Shown here in pieces: positions 35,942 to 43,365 of a stretch of 64,000 nt of DNA. Position numbers and translations under genes: made by a program. The notes beneath the pieces are model-generated. The model worked only from the letters and a program-made list of their open reading frames with translations. It was not told the origin of the DNA and searched no databases. Source of the stretch: Patescibacteria group bacterium (GTDB lineage Bacteria > Patescibacteriota > Patescibacteriia > XYB2-FULL-38-15). Positions within the stretch are counted from its first letter, which is position 1. Each line of letters begins with the position of its first letter. The stretch is taken from NCBI GenBank assembly GCA_041653675.1, contig JBAZEY010000002.1:12315-76314 (forward strand), given 5' to 3'.

Positions 35942-36604
35942 GATTCGACCTCCTTTGCAGTCAAAGAAAGGAACAAACGACCCCAACTTCCTGTGCTGTT
36001 TTTCTGTCCTGCACCTCCCTAAGGTAAGATACCGGTTGGGCCCTTCCGGGAATCGGGTGACTTCGTCAACCACCCGATAGCAACGCAGTATCTCTCGCAA
36101 TAAGACGGCGGGCACTGAGGAAATTATAGCACAGATCTCTCCGCAAAGACAACTGAGCCGACCGTTGTCTCTGAGCGTGCGCACCAACCGACAATTCTCG
36201 TGCAAGGCCCAAACTACTAGACCTTCAGCAGTTGTCTCGAGCCCAGCTGGATAGATGTGACAAACAAATGGTCGTTTGCCATACAGACGGCACCTTCGCC
36301 CCAGCCGACACGCCAACGGACAGTCGGGATGACGAACCCCCAAATCGTATCCGCCGTCGGACTTCTTCGGCAGGCAGTGTATGAAATCGGCCCGACGATT
36401 GAGCTGCAAGATTGGCACACCCGCACGATAAAGCCTTCCAACTTCCGGCGGCAAAAGCCAAATGAAGCCCTGGCAATCCGGATCTCGACAACCAACGCAA
36501 TCCAAACCGTAACGACGGTAAAGAAGGTCAAAAGCCTCGCTGATTTGGCCGATCGCCTTCAAGGTGAGGGCTGATTGCTTTTCTTTGTTGGCTCTACTCT
36601 TCAT
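35825..36604 (-). CDS. YkgJ/CxxCxxCC-like cysteine-cluster protein (variant) with Lys-rich C-terminal tail
   Basis: CVGCRDPDC near the N-terminus and CRLYGKRPFVCHIYP (C.Y..RP..C pattern). ATGA overlap with the rSAM stop codon. GC-rich. Confidence 0.45.
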   Translation of the reverse strand: MKSRANKEKQSALTLKAIGQISEAFDLLYRRYGLDCVGCRDPDCQGFIWLLPPEVGRLYRAGVPILQLNRRADFIHCLPKKSDGGYDLGVRHPDCPLACRLGRRCRLYGKRPFVCHIYPAGLETTAEGLVVWALHENCRLVRTLRDNGRLSCLCGEICAIISSVPAVLLREILRCYRVVDEVTRFPEGPNRYLTLGRCRTEKQHRKLGSFVPFFDCKGGRIMSKCKGVLDSAKISEIKVRAKEAPKTTTRKRVKKTQKG

Positions 36605-37944
36605 CTGACCACCTCGTCAAGGGCATGAACTTGGAGCAGGCGGCTGACGAACAAACGGATTTCAACCGCTTCGATTTCGTCAGCGAATTGCCGAACCAGG
36701 TCAACCTCGTTGAACTCGCTCTGGCCCAAGATACACTGAGCCACCCTCAAAGCCGTCGGATCCAGTTTCACGGTCTGGTAACGAGTAACCAAGTATTTAT
36801 TCGGATACTTGGTCAGCAGCTTCATGTACCGATTCGGCCTGAGACGACGGTAAACTGTCGGATATCTCTCGGCCAACTTAGCCGATGTCCGGCGACGCGG
36901 CAGGCGGATCGGCGGCTTGCGCATTCCGCGTACGGCATAATCGACGCAAAACTGATTTGAGCAGTTCACGTCGACCTTACAACCGCAAGTACACTCAAGC
37001 AGCAATGGACAATCCCTACATGGTTCGGTGACCCAAGCCAAGTCGCGATAAACGTCAAGAGACCGGCTGTTCCAAATCTCGGCCAGAGTTTCTTCCAGCA
37101 CGTTGCCGAAAATGAGTTGGGACTGATTGCAGATGCGAAACTCGCCGCGAGGGTTGATCGCCCCGAACGAAACGCCAACTCCGCAGTTCGACGTGAGACC
37201 TTCTCGGATCAGTCTTTCGTCGAGGCAGTACGGTATCGCAGTCCCAAAGCCGACCCGGCCGCCGAGTTCAGGAAAATCTCGGCGAGCCTGAAGCATTTGA
37301 CCGACCGCGACGCGGAACTCTTCAAGGCTGGGCTTAAGCTTGGGGTGACTGGCATTCTTCGCCCCCAGCCCGCCGTCTTCGTAGCGATCCACGTAGATGG
37401 ATTCCATGCCGAGACTGACCGCGATCTTGATGATCCCGTATATCTGATCAAAGTTGTACCCAGTCAACACTGGAATGCAGCGCACATCGTGTCCCGCTTC
37501 GACGTAGGATCTGATAGTTTCAAGAGTCCTATGAAATCCTCCAGGAATTCCTGTGTGCATCTCGTGCGTCTGCGGATTATCGCCATGAAGGGGCACACCA
37601 AAACAGGCGATCTTGGGTGAAACTCCCCTCATTACAATGAGGCCGTTCGTGACGATAGTCACCGACGAAGTCGGGCTAAGCAAATTCACATAACGGTTGA
37701 TCCGCTCCACGGGAACGAGACTGGGTTCTCCTCCGATGAGATAGACGTGAGGAATTTGATCCTCTGCCACTCTCTCCACGATGCTGTCTACGACCGAGGG
37801 ATCGAAGTGTCTATTCCTCTCCGGGTTGTAACAAAAAATGCACCTGCTATTGCAAGCGTAACTCATCTCAATGTGGACCAGGTGCGGAATAGAGCCGTGC
37901 CGAACGCGGATAGCCCTAACCATTTTTTTACTGCGTGGCTTCAT
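36601..37944 (-). CDS. radical SAM enzyme with SPASM domain and C-terminal PqqD-like (RRE-like) extension
   Basis: CNSRCIFC (Cx3Cx2C). SPASM Cys pattern C..GEFRIC (Gx4C), then CRDCPLLLECTCGC (Cx2Cx5Cx3C). The about 110-aa C-terminal tail YRRLRPNRYMKLL...VKLDPTALRVAQCILGQSEFNEVDLVRQFADEI...LFVSRLLQVHALDEV resembles PqqD-type peptide-binding domains. Confidence 0.75.
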   Translation of the reverse strand: MKPRSKKMVRAIRVRHGSIPHLVHIEMSYACNSRCIFCYNPERNRHFDPSVVDSIVERVAEDQIPHVYLIGGEPSLVPVERINRYVNLLSPTSSVTIVTNGLIVMRGVSPKIACFGVPLHGDNPQTHEMHTGIPGGFHRTLETIRSYVEAGHDVRCIPVLTGYNFDQIYGIIKIAVSLGMESIYVDRYEDGGLGAKNASHPKLKPSLEEFRVAVGQMLQARRDFPELGGRVGFGTAIPYCLDERLIREGLTSNCGVGVSFGAINPRGEFRICNQSQLIFGNVLEETLAEIWNSRSLDVYRDLAWVTEPCRDCPLLLECTCGCKVDVNCSNQFCVDYAVRGMRKPPIRLPRRRTSAKLAERYPTVYRRLRPNRYMKLLTKYPNKYLVTRYQTVKLDPTALRVAQCILGQSEFNEVDLVRQFADEIEAVEIRLFVSRLLQVHALDEVVR

Positions 37945-37946
37945 GG

Positions 37947-38267
37947 CTAGTTCCTCGTCCCGGCGACAACTCTCGTAGATAGTTGCACTACGAGGGCCAT
38001 GTCATCCGTGGGAGATGTCTTGTTGTTCTTGATCATCCCGCATTTTTGACAACGATGCACAATTGCGTACTTGCCACCCTTAATTTTTACGCCAATCGGC
38101 TCCATCATCCCCCGGCATTCGGAAAGTCTGTCGCCAGGGAACGCATCAACGTGTTTGCTCCACAGACATCGCGGACAGTGGTTGGTGTAGCCATCACCCC
38201 TGACCTTGGCTCCACAATTTTGGCACCGAAAGTCTTCTTGACGGCGTTCGAATCTTTTTGTCTCCAC
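37947..38267 (-). CDS. RNHCP-domain zinc-ribbon protein
   Basis: FRCQNCGAKV...YTNHCPRCLWSKHVD (RNHCP-type motif with T in place of R) and a second CQKCG pair. AAGGAGG 6 nt before the ATG. 2-nt gap to the rSAM start. Confidence 0.6.
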   Translation of the reverse strand: METKRFERRQEDFRCQNCGAKVRGDGYTNHCPRCLWSKHVDAFPGDRLSECRGMMEPIGVKIKGGKYAIVHRCQKCGMIKNNKTSPTDDMALVVQLSTRVVAGTRN

Positions 38268-38422
38268 CTGCTCCTCCTTCTTCTATGCAGATTTTCAAAG
38301 AACGTTGAGTCAACTTAACGCAAGTTTAACTCTGAGTCAAGCAGTAAAAATAACCCATTTCTCCAGCCCTTGATTTTTAAACCCATTTGTGCTAAATTAA
38401 ATACACAATTGTTCATCAAAAT

Positions 38423-38851
38423 ATGAACCCGCTACAAACGGAAAAATCAAACGACAAAATCTGGAGGCAACTTTCCAATCTCTGGACTTTCGCGGCCATG
38501 GGATTTTTCATGTTTGATTTTTTCACAAACGACAAATACAGCGGATACGCCGCGGCAATCTCAATTATTTACATTTCTATCCTTGGCCTTTATGCCGGCA
38601 CAAAAGAATTTGATCGCTGGCAAGATTCCCATTTTCCAAAACGCAAGGGCGAATTTTTCGTTATCCTCTGGACAGTTTTAATCTTTTTCTTTATCATTAC
38701 CGCAATAGTCTCTGGTGGAAAATATAAGATGCCTTCGGAGTTTACGGCAACCTATATCGCGCTTTTATCCATCTTCGCCTTGACACAAAGGTCAAAATTC
38801 CTGCATAATCAAAAAGAGCAAAATATTATTAATCAAAACAATAATCAATAA
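38423..38851 (+). CDS. hypothetical membrane protein
   Basis: 142 aa, 4 hydrophobic segments. TTGATT-17-TAAATT promoter-like sequence upstream. Confidence 0.55.
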   Translation: MNPLQTEKSNDKIWRQLSNLWTFAAMGFFMFDFFTNDKYSGYAAAISIIYISILGLYAGTKEFDRWQDSHFPKRKGEFFVILWTVLIFFFIITAIVSGGKYKMPSEFTATYIALLSIFALTQRSKFLHNQKEQNIINQNNNQ

Positions 38852-38853
38852 TT

Positions 38854-39111
38854 ATGAAAAAGGACACCCATCCAGAATATTATCCAAAAGCAAAGGTGAC
38901 TTGCGCCTGCGGCAATTCTTTTACTGTTGGCTCGACCACGAAGGAAATCAAGGTTGAGTTATGTTCTGCCTGCCATCCATTTTACACTGGCAAACAAAAA
39001 CTCGTTGACTCGGCGAGACGCGTCGAGAAATTCAAAGAAAAAATGGAAAAGAAGGCAGCCATTTCCGCGACGAAAAAAGAAAAGAAGCCGAGAGCGAAAA
39101 AAACAAAGTAG
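38854..39111 (+). CDS. rpmE: 50S ribosomal protein L31
   Basis: [10 protein letters not shown]...C.CG...[12 protein letters not shown]. Confidence 0.9.
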   Translation: MKKDTHPEYYPKAKVTCACGNSFTVGSTTKEIKVELCSACHPFYTGKQKLVDSARRVEKFKEKMEKKAAISATKKEKKPRAKKTK

Positions 39112-39187
39112 TTATTCCAATCATAAAAAACATGGTGACATTTTTGTTATCATGTTTTTATGTTAGAATAAACTAATAAATTTAATT

Positions 39188-40225
39188 ATGATTCCGGAAA
39201 TCATTAAAGCTGAAGAAAAATTCAAGGAACTTGAGGCCGAGCTCGCTCGCCCCGAGGTGGTTTCTGATCGGGAAAAGTTAAAAAAAGTTTCCCAAGAATA
39301 TAGTGATTTGAAAGAAGTAATGGAAAAAATAAATAAATTCCACGCGCTGGAAAAAGCCGCGGTTGAAACGGAAGTTATCGCCAAACAAGATGTTCCCGAA
39401 ATGGCCGCGATTGCTAAAGAAGAATTGGAAAAAATTCGGCAAGAAAGATCAGTGCTCGAAGCGGAAATCAAAGAAGAGCTGACGCCGAAAGATCCGCTGG
39501 ACAAAAGAAATATTATTGTGGAAATCCGCGCCGGTGCCGGCGGCGACGAAGCCGCGCTTTTTGCCGCGCAACTTTTCCGAATGTATTCCAGATTTGCTGA
39601 ACGAAAAGGTTGGCAGGCAAGGTTAATTTCCGCCAACCGCACCGATCTTGGCGGGTTTAAAGAAATTATTTTTTCAGTTATTGGCAAAGGCGCGTGGGGA
39701 AATTTAAAATTTGAAAGCGGTGTGCATCGCGTCCAGCGCGTTCCGGATACGGAAAAAAGCGGCCGCGTCCATACCTCCACCGCTTCCGTCGCCGTCCTTC
39801 CCGAAACTGAAGAAATTGATATTAAAATTGAACCAAAAGATTTGCGCATTGATACCTTTTTATCCGGCGGCCACGGCGGGCAGAGCGTGCAAACGACATA
39901 TTCCGCGGTGCGCATTACTCATATTCCGTCAGGCCTTGTTGTCGCCTGCCAAGACGAACGCTCCCAGCAGCAAAACCGCGAAAAAGCCATGCAGGTTTTG
40001 CGTTCCCGCCTTTTTGTAATGGAGCAAGAAAAACGCCAGGCGGCGGAAGTCGCGGCGCGGCGTTCACAGATTGGTTCGGCAATGCGCGCGGAAAAAATCA
40101 GAACATACAATTTTCCTCAAGACCGCGTTTCCGACCATCGCGTCAAAGAAAGCTGGCACAATATTAATAACGTAATGGACGGTGAGCTAGATCAAATTAT
40201 TGAAGTACTAAAAAAGGAAATATAA
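39188..40225 (+). CDS. prfA: peptide chain release factor 1
   Basis: GGQ motif ([12 protein letters not shown]), RVQRVP.TE..GR.HTS segment. Followed by prmC, the canonical partner. Confidence 0.9.
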   Translation: MIPEIIKAEEKFKELEAELARPEVVSDREKLKKVSQEYSDLKEVMEKINKFHALEKAAVETEVIAKQDVPEMAAIAKEELEKIRQERSVLEAEIKEELTPKDPLDKRNIIVEIRAGAGGDEAALFAAQLFRMYSRFAERKGWQARLISANRTDLGGFKEIIFSVIGKGAWGNLKFESGVHRVQRVPDTEKSGRVHTSTASVAVLPETEEIDIKIEPKDLRIDTFLSGGHGGQSVQTTYSAVRITHIPSGLVVACQDERSQQQNREKAMQVLRSRLFVMEQEKRQAAEVAARRSQIGSAMRAEKIRTYNFPQDRVSDHRVKESWHNINNVMDGELDQIIEVLKKEI

Positions 40226-40241
40226 AAAATTAAAAAATAAT

Positions 40242-40264
40242 CCGGCCGCAAGGCCGGTTTTTTG
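40242..40264 (+). terminator. prfA intrinsic terminator
   Basis: CCGGCCGCAAGGCCGG followed by a T-run. Confidence 0.7.
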
Positions 40265-40280
40265 ATATAAATTTTGACAT

Positions 40281-40593
40281 AAAAAAAGAGTCGGTCGAAC
40301 GAGGTGTTCGACCGACGGGCACAACGCGAAACGTAGCGGTGTGCAAAGAAGGGTGACCTCCGTACCCGCTAAAAGCGGATTTGGAGGATCGAAAACGCGG
40401 GGGAGATTTCAGCCCACCTGCATAACAGGCAAGCCGGGTTCCTGCTGGCCACCCCTGGGTCCTTCCTCCACGAGATCATCCGCGCTTCAACGCGCGGCTT
40501 CCACTCGAGGACTCCGGATTTGGGATGAGAAAAAATTACCCACGACGCCAGTGCGCTGCCGGCATCAACCGAACAGGACTCCCCTTTACCCTG
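40281..40593 (-). ncRNA. unclassified structured GC-rich RNA (about 310 nt) with its own promoter and terminator
   Basis: Promoter: TTGACA (40628-40623), 17-nt spacer, TAAAGT (40605-40600). Terminator: hairpin GTCGGTCGAAC/GTTCGACCGAC (40290-40316) plus U7. A 5'/3' closing helix pairs GUGCA..AAGGGG with CCCUU..UGCAC. Several internal GC hairpins, for example CCGCGC-GUUGAA-GCGCGG. Confidence 0.5.
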
Positions 40594-40620
40594 CACTGCA
40601 CTTTAACATAATTATCAAAA

Positions 40621-40643
40621 TTTGTCAAGAGTCTCTTGACAAA
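40621..40643. promoter_or_regulatory. perfect 23-bp palindrome carrying two divergent TTGACA -35 boxes
   Basis: TTTGTCAAGAG-T-CTCTTGACAAA. The left -35 serves the ncRNA. The right -35 (40636-40641), with a 17-nt spacer and TATTAT (40659-40664), serves the 71-aa ORF transcript. Confidence 0.6.
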
Positions 40644-40788
40644 TTCATCTTTTTGTAATATTATAAAAACATCAAAACAGGGTGGCCTTGTGTTCTTGGC
40701 GCGTGCCAGAAACGCAAGGAAGGTGGCCCTAAGCCTCGGCCTGATGGACAGGACGAGTTGATAATAGGGAAGGTAGTGGAGGACAGAG

Positions 40789-41004
40789 ATGTCGAGTAGT
40801 GTTTTCTGGGACGACGGTACAAGGCTCTCAGCGGACGGTGTCCCCATCATCCCCGATGGTGCGGGACCGCGCGAGATTTCACAGCGCCGCAGGACGAGCA
40901 GACAGCTCGACGACTTCTTCCCCGACTGGGAGGAGGAACACCGCCGGAACGAGGAAGCCAGGCGGCGCGACCGCGACCGCCGTCGTGATGGCGTCCGCTG
41001 CTAA
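40789..41004 (+). CDS. hypothetical Arg-rich small protein (71 aa), GC-rich
   Basis: GGAGGACAGAG before the ATG. About 118-nt 5' UTR from the TATTAT promoter. C-terminus RRNEEARRRDRDRRRDGVRC. Confidence 0.4.
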   Translation: MSSSVFWDDGTRLSADGVPIIPDGAGPREISQRRRTSRQLDDFFPDWEEEHRRNEEARRRDRDRRRDGVRC

Positions 41005-41162
41005 CACCAGCCCCAGCCCACCCACCAACAACGTGAGAACGCGCGAGCAATCGCTCGTCCTCCGTCCGAATTTACGCCGCCCCTCCCGGACTCGGCGTAA
41101 GAGCCCGCGTAGCGGATCGCAGGGGACATGAGTCCCGCCTCCCTCCCCGCTGCCGGGCGACC

Positions 41163-41220
41163 AGCCCGTGGATTGTTTTGGAGACCTCCCCTCCTCCGAA
41201 CAATCCACGGGCTCTTTTTT
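41163..41220 (+). terminator. intrinsic terminator closing the GC-rich locus
   Basis: AGCCCGTGGATTGTT...AACAATCCACGGGCT (15-bp stem) followed by CTTTTTT. Confidence 0.7.
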
Positions 41221-41380
41221 ATTATCAAGCGAGTGAGAGAAATGAACTTATTCATTTCCGAGCGAGCGCAGATAACACGGAGTATTATCAAGCGAGTGAG
41301 AGAAATGAACTTATTCATTTCCGAGCGCCCGGCCTCGCCGAAGACGGCAAGTCGAGGCGGGAGCGCAGATAACGCGCAGT
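41221..41380 (+). repeat. 63-bp tandem direct repeat (2 copies; copy 2 carries a 34-bp GC-rich hairpin insertion)
   Basis: 41221-41283 repeats at 41284-41327 plus 41362-41380. Each unit contains the palindrome GAAATGAA-CTTA-TTCATTTC. Confidence 0.85.
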
Positions 41381-41396
41381 ATGTTATAATGATCCT

Positions 41397-42257
41397 ATGA
41401 CTATCCAAAAATATTTAATTTGGGCGATAAAAACTTTACAAAAAAATAAAATCGTCTCCCCAGCTCTCGATGCCGAGGTTCTTTTATCTTTTGTTATAAA
41501 AAAACCAAAAGAATTTTTATACGCGCATTCTGAAAAAAAATTAACTGCGGTACAAATTTCAAAGTTTAAAAAACTCATTATCTGCCGAGCAAAGCACGAG
41601 CCGGTCGCCTATATTATTAGCCACAAATATTTTTACGGCTTGGATTTTTTTGTAAATAAAAATGTTTTGATCCCCCGCCCGGAAACGGAAATATTAGTTG
41701 AAACCACGATAGAGAAAAAACCAACCACGATTATTGACGTCGGAACGGGCAGTGGCGCCATTGCCGTAACGCTTGCACATAATTTACCCAATGCAAAAAT
41801 TTTCGCCACAGAAATCTCTTCGGCCGCTGCCAAAGTAGCGCAAAAAAATGCACGACATCACAAAACGAAAATTACATTTTTGCACGGCAATTTATTGCAA
41901 CCGTTTTCAAATCTAAAATCAAATATCACAAATCTTAAATCTTTGACGATAGCTGCCAATCTCCCCTATCTCACCACAAAACAATGGCAAAAATCCCAGC
42001 TAGAAATAAAAAAATACGAACCGCGGACGGCACTCGACGGCGGCGCGGACGGTTTAAAATATTATCGCGAACTTTTACAACAAATAGAATTGCTAATCAC
42101 TAGCCACAAATTATCCATTACTTCCGTTTTAGAAATTGATCCTTCCCAAAAAAAATCTATTGCGAAATTAATCAAACGCCGTTTTCCCTCCGCGAAAATA
42201 GAAATAAAAAAAGACCTCGCCGGCCGAGATCGAATCGTTATTTTTAAAATAAATTAA
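41397..42257 (+). CDS. prmC: release-factor glutamine N5-methyltransferase (PrmC/HemK)
   Basis: SAM motif IIDVGTGSGAIAV. Catalytic motif is N-L-P-Y (variant of NPPY). Adjacent to prfA. Confidence 0.8.
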   Translation: MTIQKYLIWAIKTLQKNKIVSPALDAEVLLSFVIKKPKEFLYAHSEKKLTAVQISKFKKLIICRAKHEPVAYIISHKYFYGLDFFVNKNVLIPRPETEILVETTIEKKPTTIIDVGTGSGAIAVTLAHNLPNAKIFATEISSAAAKVAQKNARHHKTKITFLHGNLLQPFSNLKSNITNLKSLTIAANLPYLTTKQWQKSQLEIKKYEPRTALDGGADGLKYYRELLQQIELLITSHKLSITSVLEIDPSQKKSIAKLIKRRFPSAKIEIKKDLAGRDRIVIFKIN

Positions 42258-43354
42258 AATTCAATTTCTGTTCCAATTGGCACCACTTCAACCCAAGTCA
42301 CTCCCGGGTTGAATTTTATTTCCGCACCGCCTTCATCATAAAATTTCGTCCGATCTTCGCTCGTCTCTTTCTGCCAAGTTCCGTCTATCCGAACGCCATC
42401 TTGAAAAATAATTGCCTCACCAACGCCAGTTGTTTCAATATCTTTTCGCCCCACTCCGTCCAAAACTACCATCTGAGTAAACTGCACGGCAATATTTTTT
42501 GCCCGAACTTCCTCGCCATTTCTGTCTTGCTGAATTACGCCGGCTTGATATCTTAAATAATCGTTGCTTTCGCGGTCATATTGCCAGCCGACTTCATAAG
42601 TTTTTGTGGAAAAATAAACTTTAATTCTTTTTTCTTCTTCGGGGCGCGACTCTTCTGTCGCTTCATCTTTAAACTGCCAGGGCGTGAAACTTTTTATCTC
42701 GCCATCTTTCGCCGCAAAAGCTTCATTCAACAGTCCCGTTGATGTGTAAAGATTGTGTGGCATATATCTTGCTTTTGATCGCCAGAAAAATATGCCGTTT
42801 GCAAATTCATTCAAATCCCAAAAATCATATTGCGGAATCAAACGCAGCGCCTCTGGACTTCCTCCCGAATGAACATAAAGCGCACCAAATTCTTCGGCCC
42901 AATCAAGAAAATACGGCCGCGCGCTCCGAACTGGTCCGATTTCCGAAACTTCTCCGTTCGCCGCGTAAACCGCTAAAAATCTTGTGATGCCGGCCTCGGC
43001 TAAAGTTTCATAAACCAAATTAGCGCGGGCAACTCCGGAAAGCGGCCGAGCATCAATCATGTTTTCAATTTGCACGGCAAAAAGCGGCGGATTGATTTTT
43101 GTTTCATCTTCCATTTCCGCTCCATCAATCAATCGGTGAAATCCAGGGAGAGATTCTTCTTCACTCTGTTCAATATTCTGCTGTGTTTTTTCTTTTGAGA
43201 AAAAATCTAAAAAGGAAGTCCGGGACAGAAGAAAATATCCGCCAATAGCAACCACAAAAACTGAAATTAAAAGCAAAGAAACAACCAGCCAGATCGGCGG
43301 TTGTTTCTTCACAAAAGCAATTATTCTCAAAAATAATTCCTTTATAAATTTCAT
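42254..43354 (-). CDS. DUF3048-like secreted/membrane-anchored protein
   Basis: TM anchor. ARPLSGVARANLVYETLAEAGITRFLAVYA matches the DUF3048 core pattern. Confidence 0.7.
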   Translation of the reverse strand: MKFIKELFLRIIAFVKKQPPIWLVVSLLLISVFVVAIGGYFLLSRTSFLDFFSKEKTQQNIEQSEEESLPGFHRLIDGAEMEDETKINPPLFAVQIENMIDARPLSGVARANLVYETLAEAGITRFLAVYAANGEVSEIGPVRSARPYFLDWAEEFGALYVHSGGSPEALRLIPQYDFWDLNEFANGIFFWRSKARYMPHNLYTSTGLLNEAFAAKDGEIKSFTPWQFKDEATEESRPEEEKRIKVYFSTKTYEVGWQYDRESNDYLRYQAGVIQQDRNGEEVRAKNIAVQFTQMVVLDGVGRKDIETTGVGEAIIFQDGVRIDGTWQKETSEDRTKFYDEGGAEIKFNPGVTWVEVVPIGTEIEF

Positions 43355-43365
43355 TTTGACTTTGG

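Noticed and set aside
39163-39915. 250-aa ORF antisense to prfA. Similar antisense or alternative-frame ORFs occur at 11165..11749, 16229..16723, 22690..23085, 25515..25949, 52300..52740 and elsewhere.
   Set aside because: Each fully overlaps a confidently identified conserved gene on the other strand or in another frame. All have low-complexity Ser/Ala/Phe-rich translations.
40281-40593. Identity of the structured RNA as RNase P RNA, because it contains GAACCCGGCUU and GGAGUCC strings resembling CR-V and CR-I.
   Set aside because: - The candidate P4 halves do not base-pair: CCUG or CCUC would face CCGG.
- One GGAGUCC copy leaves only about 16 nt upstream for P1-P3.
- The other copy leaves only about 65 nt between the conserved regions.
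- About 100 nt follow the CR-V-like string instead of about 20.
- SRP (no GGAA-loop helix 8 pattern), tmRNA (no GGGG start, no tRNA-like CCA end) and 6S RNA (wrong size) also do not fit. A cmscan run is still needed.
40369-40596. 75-aa ORF (GTG start) coinciding with the structured RNA, as a protein-coding alternative.
   Set aside because: The start codon would lie 3 nt after the -10 box, upstream of any plausible transcription start. There is no SD, the composition is Trp/Arg-rich and random-looking, and the region folds into many GC helices. It is kept only as a low-probability alternative.
41221-41380. CRISPR array.
   Set aside because: There are only two direct copies, which abut each other with no unique spacers. 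No cas genes are in the window.
41001-41408. 135-aa minus-strand ORF covering the tandem repeats and terminator. Also 41128..41400 and 41178..41372 on the plus strand.
   Set aside because: These ORFs exist only because the 63-bp repeat is stop-free. The translated repeats (SEMNKFISLTRLII twice) reflect the DNA duplication. No start signals are present.
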